Origin: Candidatus Staskawiczbacteria bacterium
GTDB lineage: Bacteria > Patescibacteriota > Minisyncoccia > Minisyncoccales > Staskawiczbacteraceae
NCBI GenBank assembly: GCA_023245155.1
Contig: JAHFKV010000001.1
Span: forward strand, 203,034 to 267,033
Length of the DNA: 64,000 nucleotides
Direction: 5' to 3'
A model generated the notes under the pieces. It had not been told where the DNA came from. It searched no databases and saw only the letters and a list, made by a program, of their open reading frames with translations. Position numbers and translations under genes: made by a program. The stretch's first letter is position 1; each line of letters starts with the position of its first letter. Of the stretch, positions 8,639 through 16,947 are shown piece by piece.

Positions 8639-10369
8639 ATGAGCGCGAAAAACCAAGAAATCGCCAAAATTTTTAATGAGATTGCGCGTTTTTTGCGTAT
8701 AGAAAACGTACCTTTCAAACCCTATGCTTATGAAAAGGGAGCTGCGTATTTGGAAGCTATGCCAGAAGATGTAAAAGAGATTTATTTAAAGGGTGGCAGA
8801 AAAGCTTTAGAAGAGTTACCTGGGATTGGCAAAGCTATGTCTGAGCATATTGAGGAGTTTGTCAAAACCGGCAAAATCAAGTTTTATCAAGAAATGAAAA
8901 AGAAGCTGCCAGTGGACATGGATGCGCTTTTACGAGTAGAGGGTATGGGGCCAAAAAAGGCCAAAGTATTGTATGAAAAGCTAGAGGTTAAGAATTTGAA
9001 AGATTTAGAAAGAGCAGCTAAGGCAGGGAAGATCGCGCCATTATTTGGCTTTGGCGAGACGACAGAGAAAAATATTTTGCAGGGACTGGAGTTTCTGAAA
9101 ATGAGTAAAGGGCGGGTGTTGCTCCATGAAATTTTGCCGGTGGCGCGGGAAGTTTTAGAGAAATTACGTGCTTTAAAGGATGTTAGGCGCGCGGAAATTG
9201 GCGGTTCGTTGCGTCGTAGAAAAGAAACTATTGGTGATGTGGATTTTTTGGTAGTCAGCAAGAATGCCAAGAAAGTTACGGATTTTTTTGTGAAACTTCC
9301 AGGTGTGCAAAAAGTGTGGGGTCAGGGGAGCACTAAAGCTTCCGTTCATTTGAAAGACGGCTATGATATGGATTTGCGCGTGGTGCCGGAAAAAAGTTAT
9401 GGTTCGGCTCTGCAATATTTCACAGGTAGTCAAGACCACAATATTGCCACTCGTAAAATTGCTATTGAGAAAGGACTTAAATTAAGCGAATGGGGAATTT
9501 TTCGGGGCGCCAAGCAACTTCCTAGTAGAACCGAGGAAGAGGTGTATGATGCTTTGGGAATGGCTTGGGTACCACCAGAAATGCGAGAAAATACGGGTGA
9601 AATTGAATTGGCTCTGGATGGGAAATTGCCCAAGTTGGTTGAATTAAAAGATATTAAAGGGGATTTACACGTGCATTCTGGTTTTACTGATGACACCAAA
9701 GATTCTATTGAGGTACTGGCTAAAAAGGCTATGGAAATGGGGTATGAATATATTGGTATTTCAGACCACACGAATGATTTAAACGTGGAAAAAAGTTTGA
9801 ATGAAAAAGAGTTGCTTAAGGAAAATGAATATATTAAAAAGTTAAACGCGAAATTTTTGGCGCGCGGCAAAAAAATTCGCGTCCTGCATGGCTGTGAAGC
9901 GAATATCCGGCGCGATGGGTCAATTGATGTTAGGGACGAAGTGCTGGAAAAATTAGATTATGTGATTGCGGGCGTGCATTCACTTTTGAAAATGGAGAAA
10001 AAAGAAATGACGGCGCGGATTATCAAAGCCATGAAAAATCCGAATGTAGATATTATTGCTCACCCTACGGGCAGAATTGTCGGCCAGCGAGATGAGTACC
10101 AGCATGATTTTGATGCCATGCTAAAAGCCGCCAAAGAAACAGGAACCATTTTGGAAATTAATTCATCTAGCCGCTTAGATTTACGCGATTTGTATATCAG
10201 GCGCGCCAAAAATTCAGAAGTAAAGATGATTATCAATACCGATGCGCATGCAAAAGAGCAGATGTTGCAAATGGAGTATGGTGTGGCACAGGCAAGGCGA
10301 GGATGGGTGGAAAAAGGTGATATCATCAACACGTTGTCGGTTGAAGAATTATTAAAAAGTTTAAAATAA
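8639..10369 (+). CDS. polX: Family X DNA polymerase with C-terminal PHP domain (PolX)
   Basis: 576 aa. HhH motifs (LPGIGKAMSEHI, VEGMGPKKA), nucleotidyl-transferase GSLRRRKETIGDVDFLV, PHP GDLHVHS...SDH. Confidence 0.9.
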   Translation: MSAKNQEIAKIFNEIARFLRIENVPFKPYAYEKGAAYLEAMPEDVKEIYLKGGRKALEELPGIGKAMSEHIEEFVKTGKIKFYQEMKKKLPVDMDALLRVEGMGPKKAKVLYEKLEVKNLKDLERAAKAGKIAPLFGFGETTEKNILQGLEFLKMSKGRVLLHEILPVAREVLEKLRALKDVRRAEIGGSLRRRKETIGDVDFLVVSKNAKKVTDFFVKLPGVQKVWGQGSTKASVHLKDGYDMDLRVVPEKSYGSALQYFTGSQDHNIATRKIAIEKGLKLSEWGIFRGAKQLPSRTEEEVYDALGMAWVPPEMRENTGEIELALDGKLPKLVELKDIKGDLHVHSGFTDDTKDSIEVLAKKAMEMGYEYIGISDHTNDLNVEKSLNEKELLKENEYIKKLNAKFLARGKKIRVLHGCEANIRRDGSIDVRDEVLEKLDYVIAGVHSLLKMEKKEMTARIIKAMKNPNVDIIAHPTGRIVGQRDEYQHDFDAMLKAAKETGTILEINSSSRLDLRDLYIRRAKNSEVKMIINTDAHAKEQMLQMEYGVAQARRGWVEKGDIINTLSVEELLKSLK

Positions 10370-10370
10370 T

Positions 10371-10886
10371 ATGAAAGTAATTTTATATATGGGCATAACG
10401 CCCAATGGGTACATTGCCAAGCCAGATGGCGATTCAGAGTGGACTTCAGAGGAAGATTTGAAGGGTTTTTATGAACAAAGCAAGAAGGCTGGGAATATTA
10501 TCATGGGGAAAAATACATTCAACTATGTGGTTAAACAGGAAATGTTCCCGTTCCCAGATGCGTTGAATGTGGTGGTTTCTCATGAGGCTATAGAAAATAC
10601 GTGGGGCGAAAAAGTTTTGATACTTAATAAGTCTCCCAAAGAGGTGCTTGTTGTATTAAAAGAAAAAGGTTTTCAATCAGCTTTCTTAGCAGGAGGCGGA
10701 CAGTTAAATGCTTCGTTTATGAAAGAGGGCTTGGTAGATGAAATGTATTTGGATGTTGAGCCATTGATATTTGGTCAGGGGATAAAATTATTCGCAGATA
10801 ATGATTTTGAATTAGAGTTGGAATTACTAGATGTTAAAAAAATGAATAGCAACACGGTCCAGTTGCATTATAAAGTGTTAAAGTAA
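10371..10886 (+). CDS. Dihydrofolate reductase family protein (RibD C-terminal domain type)
   Basis: 171 aa. MKVILYMGITPNGYIA..DG...W pattern and GGGQLN. Confidence 0.75.
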   Translation: MKVILYMGITPNGYIAKPDGDSEWTSEEDLKGFYEQSKKAGNIIMGKNTFNYVVKQEMFPFPDALNVVVSHEAIENTWGEKVLILNKSPKEVLVVLKEKGFQSAFLAGGGQLNASFMKEGLVDEMYLDVEPLIFGQGIKLFADNDFELELELLDVKKMNSNTVQLHYKVLK

Positions 10887-10887
10887 T

Positions 10888-11340
10888 ATGCCACAGGAAA
10901 AGTCTGCTGGAGCTATCATTTATAAACTAAAAGATAATAAGCCATATTATTTGCTTTTGCATTACCTGGGTGGGCATTGGGAGTTTGCGCGCGGGCATGG
11001 CGAAGAGGGGGAAAACGAACAGCAAGTGGCTCGGCGAGAAATTGAAGAAGAGACAGGGTTAAAAGATTTACAATTTGTGCCAGGGTTTAAGGGCTACACT
11101 AAATTTGTGTTTAAGCGTACGTGGGATTTACCGCCGGAAGAAAAAAAGAAAGCACCTTGGACGATGAAAATTGTGACATTGTATTTAGCAGAAACAAAAA
11201 CGGATGCAGTGAAAATTTCCAGCGAGCATAAGGGGTTTGGGTGGTTTACGTTTGAAGATGCTATTAAAAAATTACCAAAAGATGCCAAAAAAGTATTCAC
11301 ACAAGCTAATGACTTCATCATTTCAAGAAAAAGTATATAG
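10888..11340 (+). CDS. NUDIX hydrolase
   Basis: 150 aa. Nudix box GHWEFARGHGEEGENEQQVARREIEEETGL. Confidence 0.85.
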   Translation: MPQEKSAGAIIYKLKDNKPYYLLLHYLGGHWEFARGHGEEGENEQQVARREIEEETGLKDLQFVPGFKGYTKFVFKRTWDLPPEEKKKAPWTMKIVTLYLAETKTDAVKISSEHKGFGWFTFEDAIKKLPKDAKKVFTQANDFIISRKSI

Positions 11341-11563
11341 TGTGGTGCGCAGGATTCCGCGCGGGAAGACTTTAACCTACAAGGAGGTCGCATTAAAAAT
11401 GGGCATGCCTAATGCGGCGCGTGCTGTCGGAAACACATTAAATAAAAATCGTAGCAAGGATGTGCCCTGCCATAGAGTTATTAGAAGTGATGGCAAAATA
11501 GGAGGATATTATTGGGGCGCAGCCGCTAAAATTGAAATCCTAAAAAAAGAAGGAACTATATGA
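11309..11563 (+). CDS. Minimal O6-alkylguanine-DNA alkyltransferase, MGMT C-terminal domain only
   Basis: 84 aa from the internal ATG. FQEKVY..VRRIPRGKTLTYKEVA, active-site PCHRV retained. The longer listed ORF (from 11237) overlaps the NUDIX gene. Confidence 0.8.
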   Translation: MTSSFQEKVYSVVRRIPRGKTLTYKEVALKMGMPNAARAVGNTLNKNRSKDVPCHRVIRSDGKIGGYYWGAAAKIEILKKEGTI

Positions 11564-11635
11564 TCTTTAGATAAGCTAAGCTCGTGTAAAGTTTTTTGGC
11601 GTGGTACTATGAACGAATAAAATTTATTTTTAAAA

Positions 11636-12832
11636 ATGGAACAACTAGAACAGAAAATTGGTAATAGTCTTGAAGGACCAAAATTTACTTTTACAGGTTT
11701 AACGTTAGGAATATCGTCGTTTATTATTTCAGTTATAGAATGGATTATTGCCATTTTTATTGCCAGTCTTCCTTTTGTTAATTCTGCTTTTTATAGTAAT
11801 GATCAGACACCAAGATTAGAATACTCCATAGTATTTTTTCTGGTAGTTAGCCTTTTCGGCGTTATAGCTATAGTTTTCAGTATTGTTAACGTTGTTAAAA
11901 ATAAAAGATATACATTGCAAGTAGTTCTAGGGTTTGTATTTGCGCTGCTTGGTATAATAATTACCCTTTTTTTTCTTGTCCCTTCTGTAAAAAGCTATCA
12001 TATTTCTGTTCATCACTACTATGTTTCTCTTACACCAACTATTGGTGAGTCAAATAGTAATATTGATATTACATATCGATATAAAACAGGTGACTCAATC
12101 TACATTAAATGGAGTCCAGAAACCGAGTCGTTAATAAATGCTGGGACGGCTAGTATTTATCTTGATTATCAAAACAGATTAATAGCAAAGGATATCCCGG
12201 TTTCTATAAGAACATACGTTTGGAAAATAGACAGAGATCTCCCTACGGGTGAGTATAAAATTTTTGTCATTCATAAGCATGATGATGCATTATGGGAAGA
12301 AAACTATTTCTTTTTCAATGTTATTAATGAAAATCCTGCAGGAACTATATTGGGATGGAAAACTTATACAAATAAAGAATATGGTTACCAAATAAACTTA
12401 CCAGATACTTGGGTTGCGAGTACTTATGCATTCCCAATTCCCACAAAAACCGGAGACGGATCATATTGGTGGCCACCTAATGCCCAGAAAAAAGAAGAAA
12501 TGGTTTTTTGTCCTCCCGAACTCCAAGAAACAAAAAATGGTAATATTGTTTGTAACAATGGTAGCGATGTAGCCTCCCCATTTCCTCCTATTTATCTATT
12601 CAAGTGCAGCAAAGAAGGTTCTCTTCTAGAAACTTGCGATAAAGAATACATGAAAAATAATTATGGCGATAGTGTTAGCGATAGTATAAGTCTGGGAATA
12701 GATTTAGTGGGAAATTATTCTTATTATCTTATACATAATATCAAAAATGGTCCTCAGTATAGTACGACCCATCAACTGGAGTGGGACGATATATGGACGC
12801 AAATGATACCAAGTTTTAAGTTTATAAAGTAA
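11636..12832 (+). CDS. Hypothetical membrane protein with a large extracytoplasmic C-terminal region; markedly AT-rich
   Basis: 398 aa. Three or four N-terminal hydrophobic helices. No family recognised. A 60-nt sample was 32% GC. Confidence 0.6.
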   Translation: MEQLEQKIGNSLEGPKFTFTGLTLGISSFIISVIEWIIAIFIASLPFVNSAFYSNDQTPRLEYSIVFFLVVSLFGVIAIVFSIVNVVKNKRYTLQVVLGFVFALLGIIITLFFLVPSVKSYHISVHHYYVSLTPTIGESNSNIDITYRYKTGDSIYIKWSPETESLINAGTASIYLDYQNRLIAKDIPVSIRTYVWKIDRDLPTGEYKIFVIHKHDDALWEENYFFFNVINENPAGTILGWKTYTNKEYGYQINLPDTWVASTYAFPIPTKTGDGSYWWPPNAQKKEEMVFCPPELQETKNGNIVCNNGSDVASPFPPIYLFKCSKEGSLLETCDKEYMKNNYGDSVSDSISLGIDLVGNYSYYLIHNIKNGPQYSTTHQLEWDDIWTQMIPSFKFIK

Positions 12833-12851
12833 TAAAAGTTAAGGCATAACT

Positions 12852-12877
12852 AAAAAACCGCCGAGGGGCGGTTTTTT
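12852..12877. terminator. Bidirectional intrinsic terminator between convergent genes
   Basis: AAAAAACCGCC-GAGG-GGCGGTTTTTT, a hairpin flanked by an A-run and a T-run. Confidence 0.8.
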
Positions 12878-12888
12878 ATTCTGCTTTC

Positions 12889-13272
12889 TTATTCTTTGGA
12901 TGTTACCCTAGTTGCCTTTGGCAAAGCTGATTTTGCCTCCTCCACAATCTTAGCAAATACTTCGGGATGCGATTGAATTAACTGAGCCAGCACTTTTCTA
13001 TCCAACTCAATGCCTTTTTTCTTTAATCCGTTGATGAAACGGCTGTAATTAATTCCCATTGGGCGAACAGCACCATTAATCTGCAATTGCCACAATTGCC
13101 TGAAATCCCGCTTTTTTACTTTCCGGTCTCGGTAAGAATACGTCCAGGCATGGCGCAAGGCATCTTTAGCTAACTTATATTTTGATTTTCGGCCATACTT
13201 AAAACCTTTGGCATGAGCCAGTAAATGTTTGCGATGCTTGTGGGCCGATGCTCCTTTTTTAACTCTTGTCAT
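12889..13272 (-). CDS. rplT: 50S ribosomal protein L20
   Basis: 127 aa. MTRVKKGASAHKHRKHLLAHAKGFKYGR. Confidence 0.95.
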   Translation of the reverse strand: MTRVKKGASAHKHRKHLLAHAKGFKYGRKSKYKLAKDALRHAWTYSYRDRKVKKRDFRQLWQLQINGAVRPMGINYSRFINGLKKKGIELDRKVLAQLIQSHPEVFAKIVEEAKSALPKATRVTSKE

Positions 13273-13336
13273 GTGAATTTTGAACGAAGTGAAAAGTTCG
13301 CAATAGTTGCGACACCTTATTCGTTAATTATTGAAG

Positions 13337-13525
13337 TTAGCTTTGTAAATATCTCCTCACCCGTTTTGTTTCAGATTTTGAGAGTGTAATCCATTTGCGT
13401 CCTTTCCGGCGGTCTTGGCCAGTTTTCTTTGACCGATAATGGTTTTGCCCGGTAGCGCGCCTTAAAATCTTGCCATTTTTCGTGACTTTAAACCGTTTAA
13501 TTATCGCCTTTTTTGTCTTATTCAT
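13337..13525 (-). CDS. rpmI: 50S ribosomal protein L35
   Basis: 62 aa. KTKKAIIKRFKVTKNGKILRR..GQNH. Lies in the infC-rpmI-rplT operon. Confidence 0.9.
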   Translation of the reverse strand: MNKTKKAIIKRFKVTKNGKILRRATGQNHYRSKKTGQDRRKGRKWITLSKSETKRVRRYLQS

Positions 13526-14031
13526 TTTTTTGAAATAATCATACTAAACCCCTTTGGTTCCCGCTTTAATTCCCGCTCTATTTTTGTTTCCAGTAAGCTA
13601 TTCAGCTTTTCCGCAAACAAATCCATTTTCTTTTTGGCAAAGTCTCCCATGGCCTTTTCCCGTCCTCGCAAATACATGGCTACCCGCACTTTATCACCTT
13701 CTTCCATGAATTTCTTAGCTTGCCCGGCTTTCACTTCAATGTCATGGGGGGAAGTGTTGAATCCTACTTGGATTTCCTTTAGCTTTGATTCTTTGGTGTT
13801 GGCCTTTATCTTACGCTCTTTTTTTTGCATCGCGTACAAGTGCTTGCCATAATTTCCAATCCGGCAAACGGGCGGTTCCACTTTTTCGGTTACTTGGATT
13901 AAATCCAAGCCCTTATTTTTGGCCAAATCAATGGCGGCAAAAATATTCATGATGCCAAGTTGCTCTCCGGTTTCACTGATAACCCGTACCTCTTTGGCCT
14001 TGATGAAATTGTTGATTAAAACTTTGTCCAA
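13522..14031 (-). CDS. infC: Translation initiation factor IF-3
   Basis: 169 aa. INNFIKAKEVRVISETGEQLGI. The start codon read from the sequence is TTG (14029-14031), consistent with the atypical starts known for infC. Confidence 0.9.
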   Translation of the reverse strand: MDKVLINNFIKAKEVRVISETGEQLGIMNIFAAIDLAKNKGLDLIQVTEKVEPPVCRIGNYGKHLYAMQKKERKIKANTKESKLKEIQVGFNTSPHDIEVKAGQAKKFMEEGDKVRVAMYLRGREKAMGDFAKKKMDLFAEKLNSLLETKIERELKREPKGFSMIISKK

Positions 14032-14039
14032 TTTTTTTG

Positions 14040-14393
14040 TGGAGATGCCGGCGATGAAGCCGGGTCCAGAAGTTGTTTTAAAATAATTCTACAAATGTAT
14101 CCTGTTTTTTTGTTCGGACGGCAAATAAGGAACAGGAAAAATTTTTGCCATCGTAATCCCTTTAAGGTTCGATTATTCCCAAGGGAAGAGAATAATCTAT
14201 CCTGATAATATAACACCGCTAGCTACCTATCAGGAGTGGATAGTAGCGATGCCAGTTAAGCGAAAGCTAAAACTGGTTGCTGCTTATTAAAGCTAAATAA
14301 GTTTGCAATTATGGTTTTCTAGAAGTTTTACCAGGTTCTAGAATACTGGATTTGCTTATTTTAAAAGGAAAATCTGTCGAAACAGTCATCCCC
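14040..14393 (-). ncRNA. ssrA: tmRNA (SsrA)
   Basis: The minus-strand 5' end GGGGATGACTGTTTCGACAG matches the tmRNA consensus. The 3' end is GGACCCGGCTTCATCGCCGGCATCTCCA (T-arm plus acceptor). The 7-bp acceptor GGGGATG/CATCTCC includes the G3:U wobble. Tag ORF 14306-14256 reads GCA AAC ... GCT TAA, giving ANLFSFNKQQPVLAFA*. The gene is adjacent to smpB. Confidence 0.85.
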
Positions 14394-14403
14394 TTAAATC
14401 ACG

Positions 14404-14847
14404 CTATGAATTCAGTTGCCGGCGAGTGTCACGTTCGACATCTCGTTTCTTTATCTTCTCTTTCTTGTCAAATTTTTTCTTTCCTTTTGCCAGGCCAAAT
14501 TCGAGCTTTATCCTACCATTATTATCGTACACTTTCAAGGGGATTAAGGAAAAACCGCGTTCATTGACCTTGCCTTGCAAATAATCCAGCTCTTTTTTGT
14601 TGAGCAGTAGCTTGCGGGTTTGTTCTGGGTTATAGCTCTGCGGAGCGTTTAATGGCTGGTAGGCGGGAATTTTGGCGCCAATCAATTGAGGTTGTCCGTC
14701 TTTAATTATTACGTAAGAACTTGCCAAATTAATCTGTCCGCCGCGAATGCTTTTTACCTCTTGGCCAATCAAAACCAACCCGGCTTCATATTTTTCCAGG
14801 ATTTCGTAGTCAAACGTGGCTTTTTTGTTTTCACTGTATATTTTCAT
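14404..14847 (-). CDS. smpB: SsrA-binding protein SmpB
   Basis: 147 aa. NKKATFDYEILEKYEAGLVL.G.EVKSIR and KLLLNKKE. Confidence 0.95.
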   Translation of the reverse strand: MKIYSENKKATFDYEILEKYEAGLVLIGQEVKSIRGGQINLASSYVIIKDGQPQLIGAKIPAYQPLNAPQSYNPEQTRKLLLNKKELDYLQGKVNERGFSLIPLKVYDNNGRIKLEFGLAKGKKKFDKKEKIKKRDVERDTRRQLNS

Positions 14848-14956
14848 TAGATAATACTACATTTATTTTTTTCCTAAGTAAATGATTGATTATTCTATAT
14901 AAACATGTATATTTAAATAAAATTTCATTAAGCTGTTCTTTCGGAGGGATCATCTC

Positions 14957-15277
14957 GTGTTTCGAATCATGATTGTCAAAGTTCCGCGTGGCGAGGCAGA
15001 CGAAAAAATTCGCAAAGCCTGGCTTTGGATGACACTTCCTTGCACTGGCACCACTTCTTCGGCTTCCGGTGCATTGTCGGGAAAACCAGTTGACCATGGA
15101 GTTCTGGGCTACAAAGTTCCGCAAGTTGCTGCCCTTGAGCTGCTAGCGGAACAGGATTCGGCAGCAGCTCTGTGGTGGAACCAGCATGGCTACCCAAAAC
15201 CTGGGCATGTGTTTGTCTTCTATGAGAACGAGGTTATTGTCTTGGGATCGGATACGGCACATGAATCATGGGGATAG
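14957..15277 (+). CDS. Hypothetical protein, 106 aa, GC-rich cassette 2
   Basis: GTG start 8 nt after GGAGGG (14943-14948). Hand-counted GC is 165/321 = 51%. Has its own terminator. No named family recognised. Confidence 0.6.
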   Translation: MFRIMIVKVPRGEADEKIRKAWLWMTLPCTGTTSSASGALSGKPVDHGVLGYKVPQVAALELLAEQDSAAALWWNQHGYPKPGHVFVFYENEVIVLGSDTAHESWG

Positions 15278-15308
15278 CATAGATAATGGTCGCACGACCG
15301 AGCAAAAG

Positions 15309-15338
15309 GTCGCACGTCTTCGGATGTGCGACTTTTTT
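15309..15338 (+). terminator. Intrinsic terminator of cassette 2
   Basis: GTCGCACGTC-TTCG-GATGTGCGAC (10-bp stem with one G:U pair, tetraloop), followed by TTTTTT. Confidence 0.75.
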
Positions 15339-15385
15339 ATTTTAAACCTTTAAATTTGGGCTGTTTTGTGATAAAATTTCCCAAT

Positions 15386-16063
15386 ATGCCAAAAGAGAAC
15401 ATAATAATTTCTTTGGGTGGGTCATTGGTGGCGCCAGGGGAAATTGACGTCGCGTTTTTGAGGGTTTTCAAGAAAGCTATTTTAAAGAATACTACCAGCC
15501 AACGGTTTTTTATCTTTGTGGGCGGTGGGAAAATTTGCCGGAACTATCAACATGCTTTGCTGGAATTTGGGGCGGATATCAATGAGAGGGATGTAATGGG
15601 TGTTGATGTTTCAAGATTGAATGCGCGAGTGGTACAGCAACTGTTTGGAGAAGCGGCACATTCGCAAATTATTACCAATCCAACTAAAAAAATTTCTACG
15701 AACAAATATATTATAGTAGCTGCTGGTTGGAAGCCTGGCTGGTCAACGGATTATTGCGCGGTAACGTTGGCCAAAAACATGGGCATTAAAACGATTGTGA
15801 ACCTGACCAACATTGATTATGTGTATGATAAGGATCCGAAAAAGTATCCCAAGGCACAAGCTTTTAAAGAAATTCCCTGGAAAGAGTTTCGAAAGATTGT
15901 GGGAAATAAATGGAGTCCGGGCTTAAGTATGCCCTTTGACCCGCGCGCTTCCCGCCAAGCAGAAGTATTAAAAATAAAAGTAGCCGTCATAAATGGTAAA
16001 AAATTAGATCGCCTGGAGAATTTTTTAAGTAACAAAGCCTTTGTGGGCACAACTATTGTATGA
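15386..16063 (+). CDS. pyrH: UMP kinase, archaeal-type (amino-acid kinase fold)
   Basis: 225 aa from the internal ATG. IIISLGGSLVAP, FVGGGKICRNY, VSRLNARVV, AAGWKPGWSTDYCA, NIDYVYDKDPKKYP. Confidence 0.75.
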   Translation: MPKENIIISLGGSLVAPGEIDVAFLRVFKKAILKNTTSQRFFIFVGGGKICRNYQHALLEFGADINERDVMGVDVSRLNARVVQQLFGEAAHSQIITNPTKKISTNKYIIVAAGWKPGWSTDYCAVTLAKNMGIKTIVNLTNIDYVYDKDPKKYPKAQAFKEIPWKEFRKIVGNKWSPGLSMPFDPRASRQAEVLKIKVAVINGKKLDRLENFLSNKAFVGTTIV

Positions 16064-16947
16064 ACAAAAAAATAACATTGTTGGTGCTTATGGTTCTGAT
16101 TGTTTTAGCAGGAGCTTTATTGTTTTTTTATAAAAATAATATTGCTACCCAGAAATCAGGTGCGCAAAATGAGCCGCAGAACCAACCGGCGGCGTTTTCT
16201 GTGTTGGATGAAAAAGATTATACCGCTTTAACCGGTATGGAAACGTATGAGGTGAAATCTGCAGAATTTAAGGTATATGCCCCTAAAAATACTCTAACTG
16301 CACCAGGATATTTTGAAGTGTACCAAAGTGGCACCAAAGTGTTTGCCAGCGATCCTGATTACTTAATAAGCGGCTTATTATCGTTTGTATTTGGTGATAC
16401 CACCTATGTGGTGGTAAAAGATTATTCAGGTGGCGCCCATTGCTGTGATACCGATTATCTTTTCAGGGTTAACCCCGCCGGCCAGGTGAAACTGATTAAA
16501 ACGTTTGATATAGGCAATGTTACCATCTCAAAAGACAGTTTGCTGTTGAAAAATAACAAACTTTATCTTGTGCTGATTGACGACCGGTTCCAATATTTCC
16601 ACACAGCTTATGTTGACTCATATTTTTTCAATCAATACCTCAGATTAGATGGCGATGCAGTTTATGCGGCCAACCAAGATTTTGCCGAAATAATTGCCAA
16701 AACTGCCCAGGATTGCCGCGCTAAGATTGCTCATGACGCCAGCGATGCTTGGTTGAATGATTTTCTGTGTTATGCTGCCAATTACACCTTAATTGGCAAA
16801 CAAAACACAGCCTTAGAAGACTTTAATGGATTTTTCAATCAGTTTTTTCCAAGCGGAAGCGGTAAAGATTCATTTGGCGAAACTATCCAGCGCGATACAT
16901 TGAAACAAGAAATTATCGAAACGTTACAACATGATCGATTTAATTAA
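16060..16947 (+). CDS. Hypothetical membrane-anchored protein
   Basis: 295 aa with an N-terminal TM helix (ITLLVLMVLIVLAGALLFF). No family recognised. Confidence 0.55.
   Translation: MNKKITLLVLMVLIVLAGALLFFYKNNIATQKSGAQNEPQNQPAAFSVLDEKDYTALTGMETYEVKSAEFKVYAPKNTLTAPGYFEVYQSGTKVFASDPDYLISGLLSFVFGDTTYVVVKDYSGGAHCCDTDYLFRVNPAGQVKLIKTFDIGNVTISKDSLLLKNNKLYLVLIDDRFQYFHTAYVDSYFFNQYLRLDGDAVYAANQDFAEIIAKTAQDCRAKIAHDASDAWLNDFLCYAANYTLIGKQNTALEDFNGFFNQFFPSGSGKDSFGETIQRDTLKQEIIETLQHDRFN

Noticed and set aside
14016-14567. ORFs 14016-14216 (-) and 14352-14567 (+) in the infC-smpB gap.
   Set aside because: The region is fully explained by the tmRNA (14040-14393) and by smpB. These ORFs cut across RNA structural elements.
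15326-15385. N-terminal extensions in the supplied ORF track, with listed starts at 11237, 15326, 18529, 23038, 24414, 30536, 31383, 46171(-), 50154, 57940 and 58145.
   Set aside because: The extensions overlap upstream genes, terminator hairpins or promoters. They add residues that do not match the conserved N-termini. Internal ATGs give family-typical starts.
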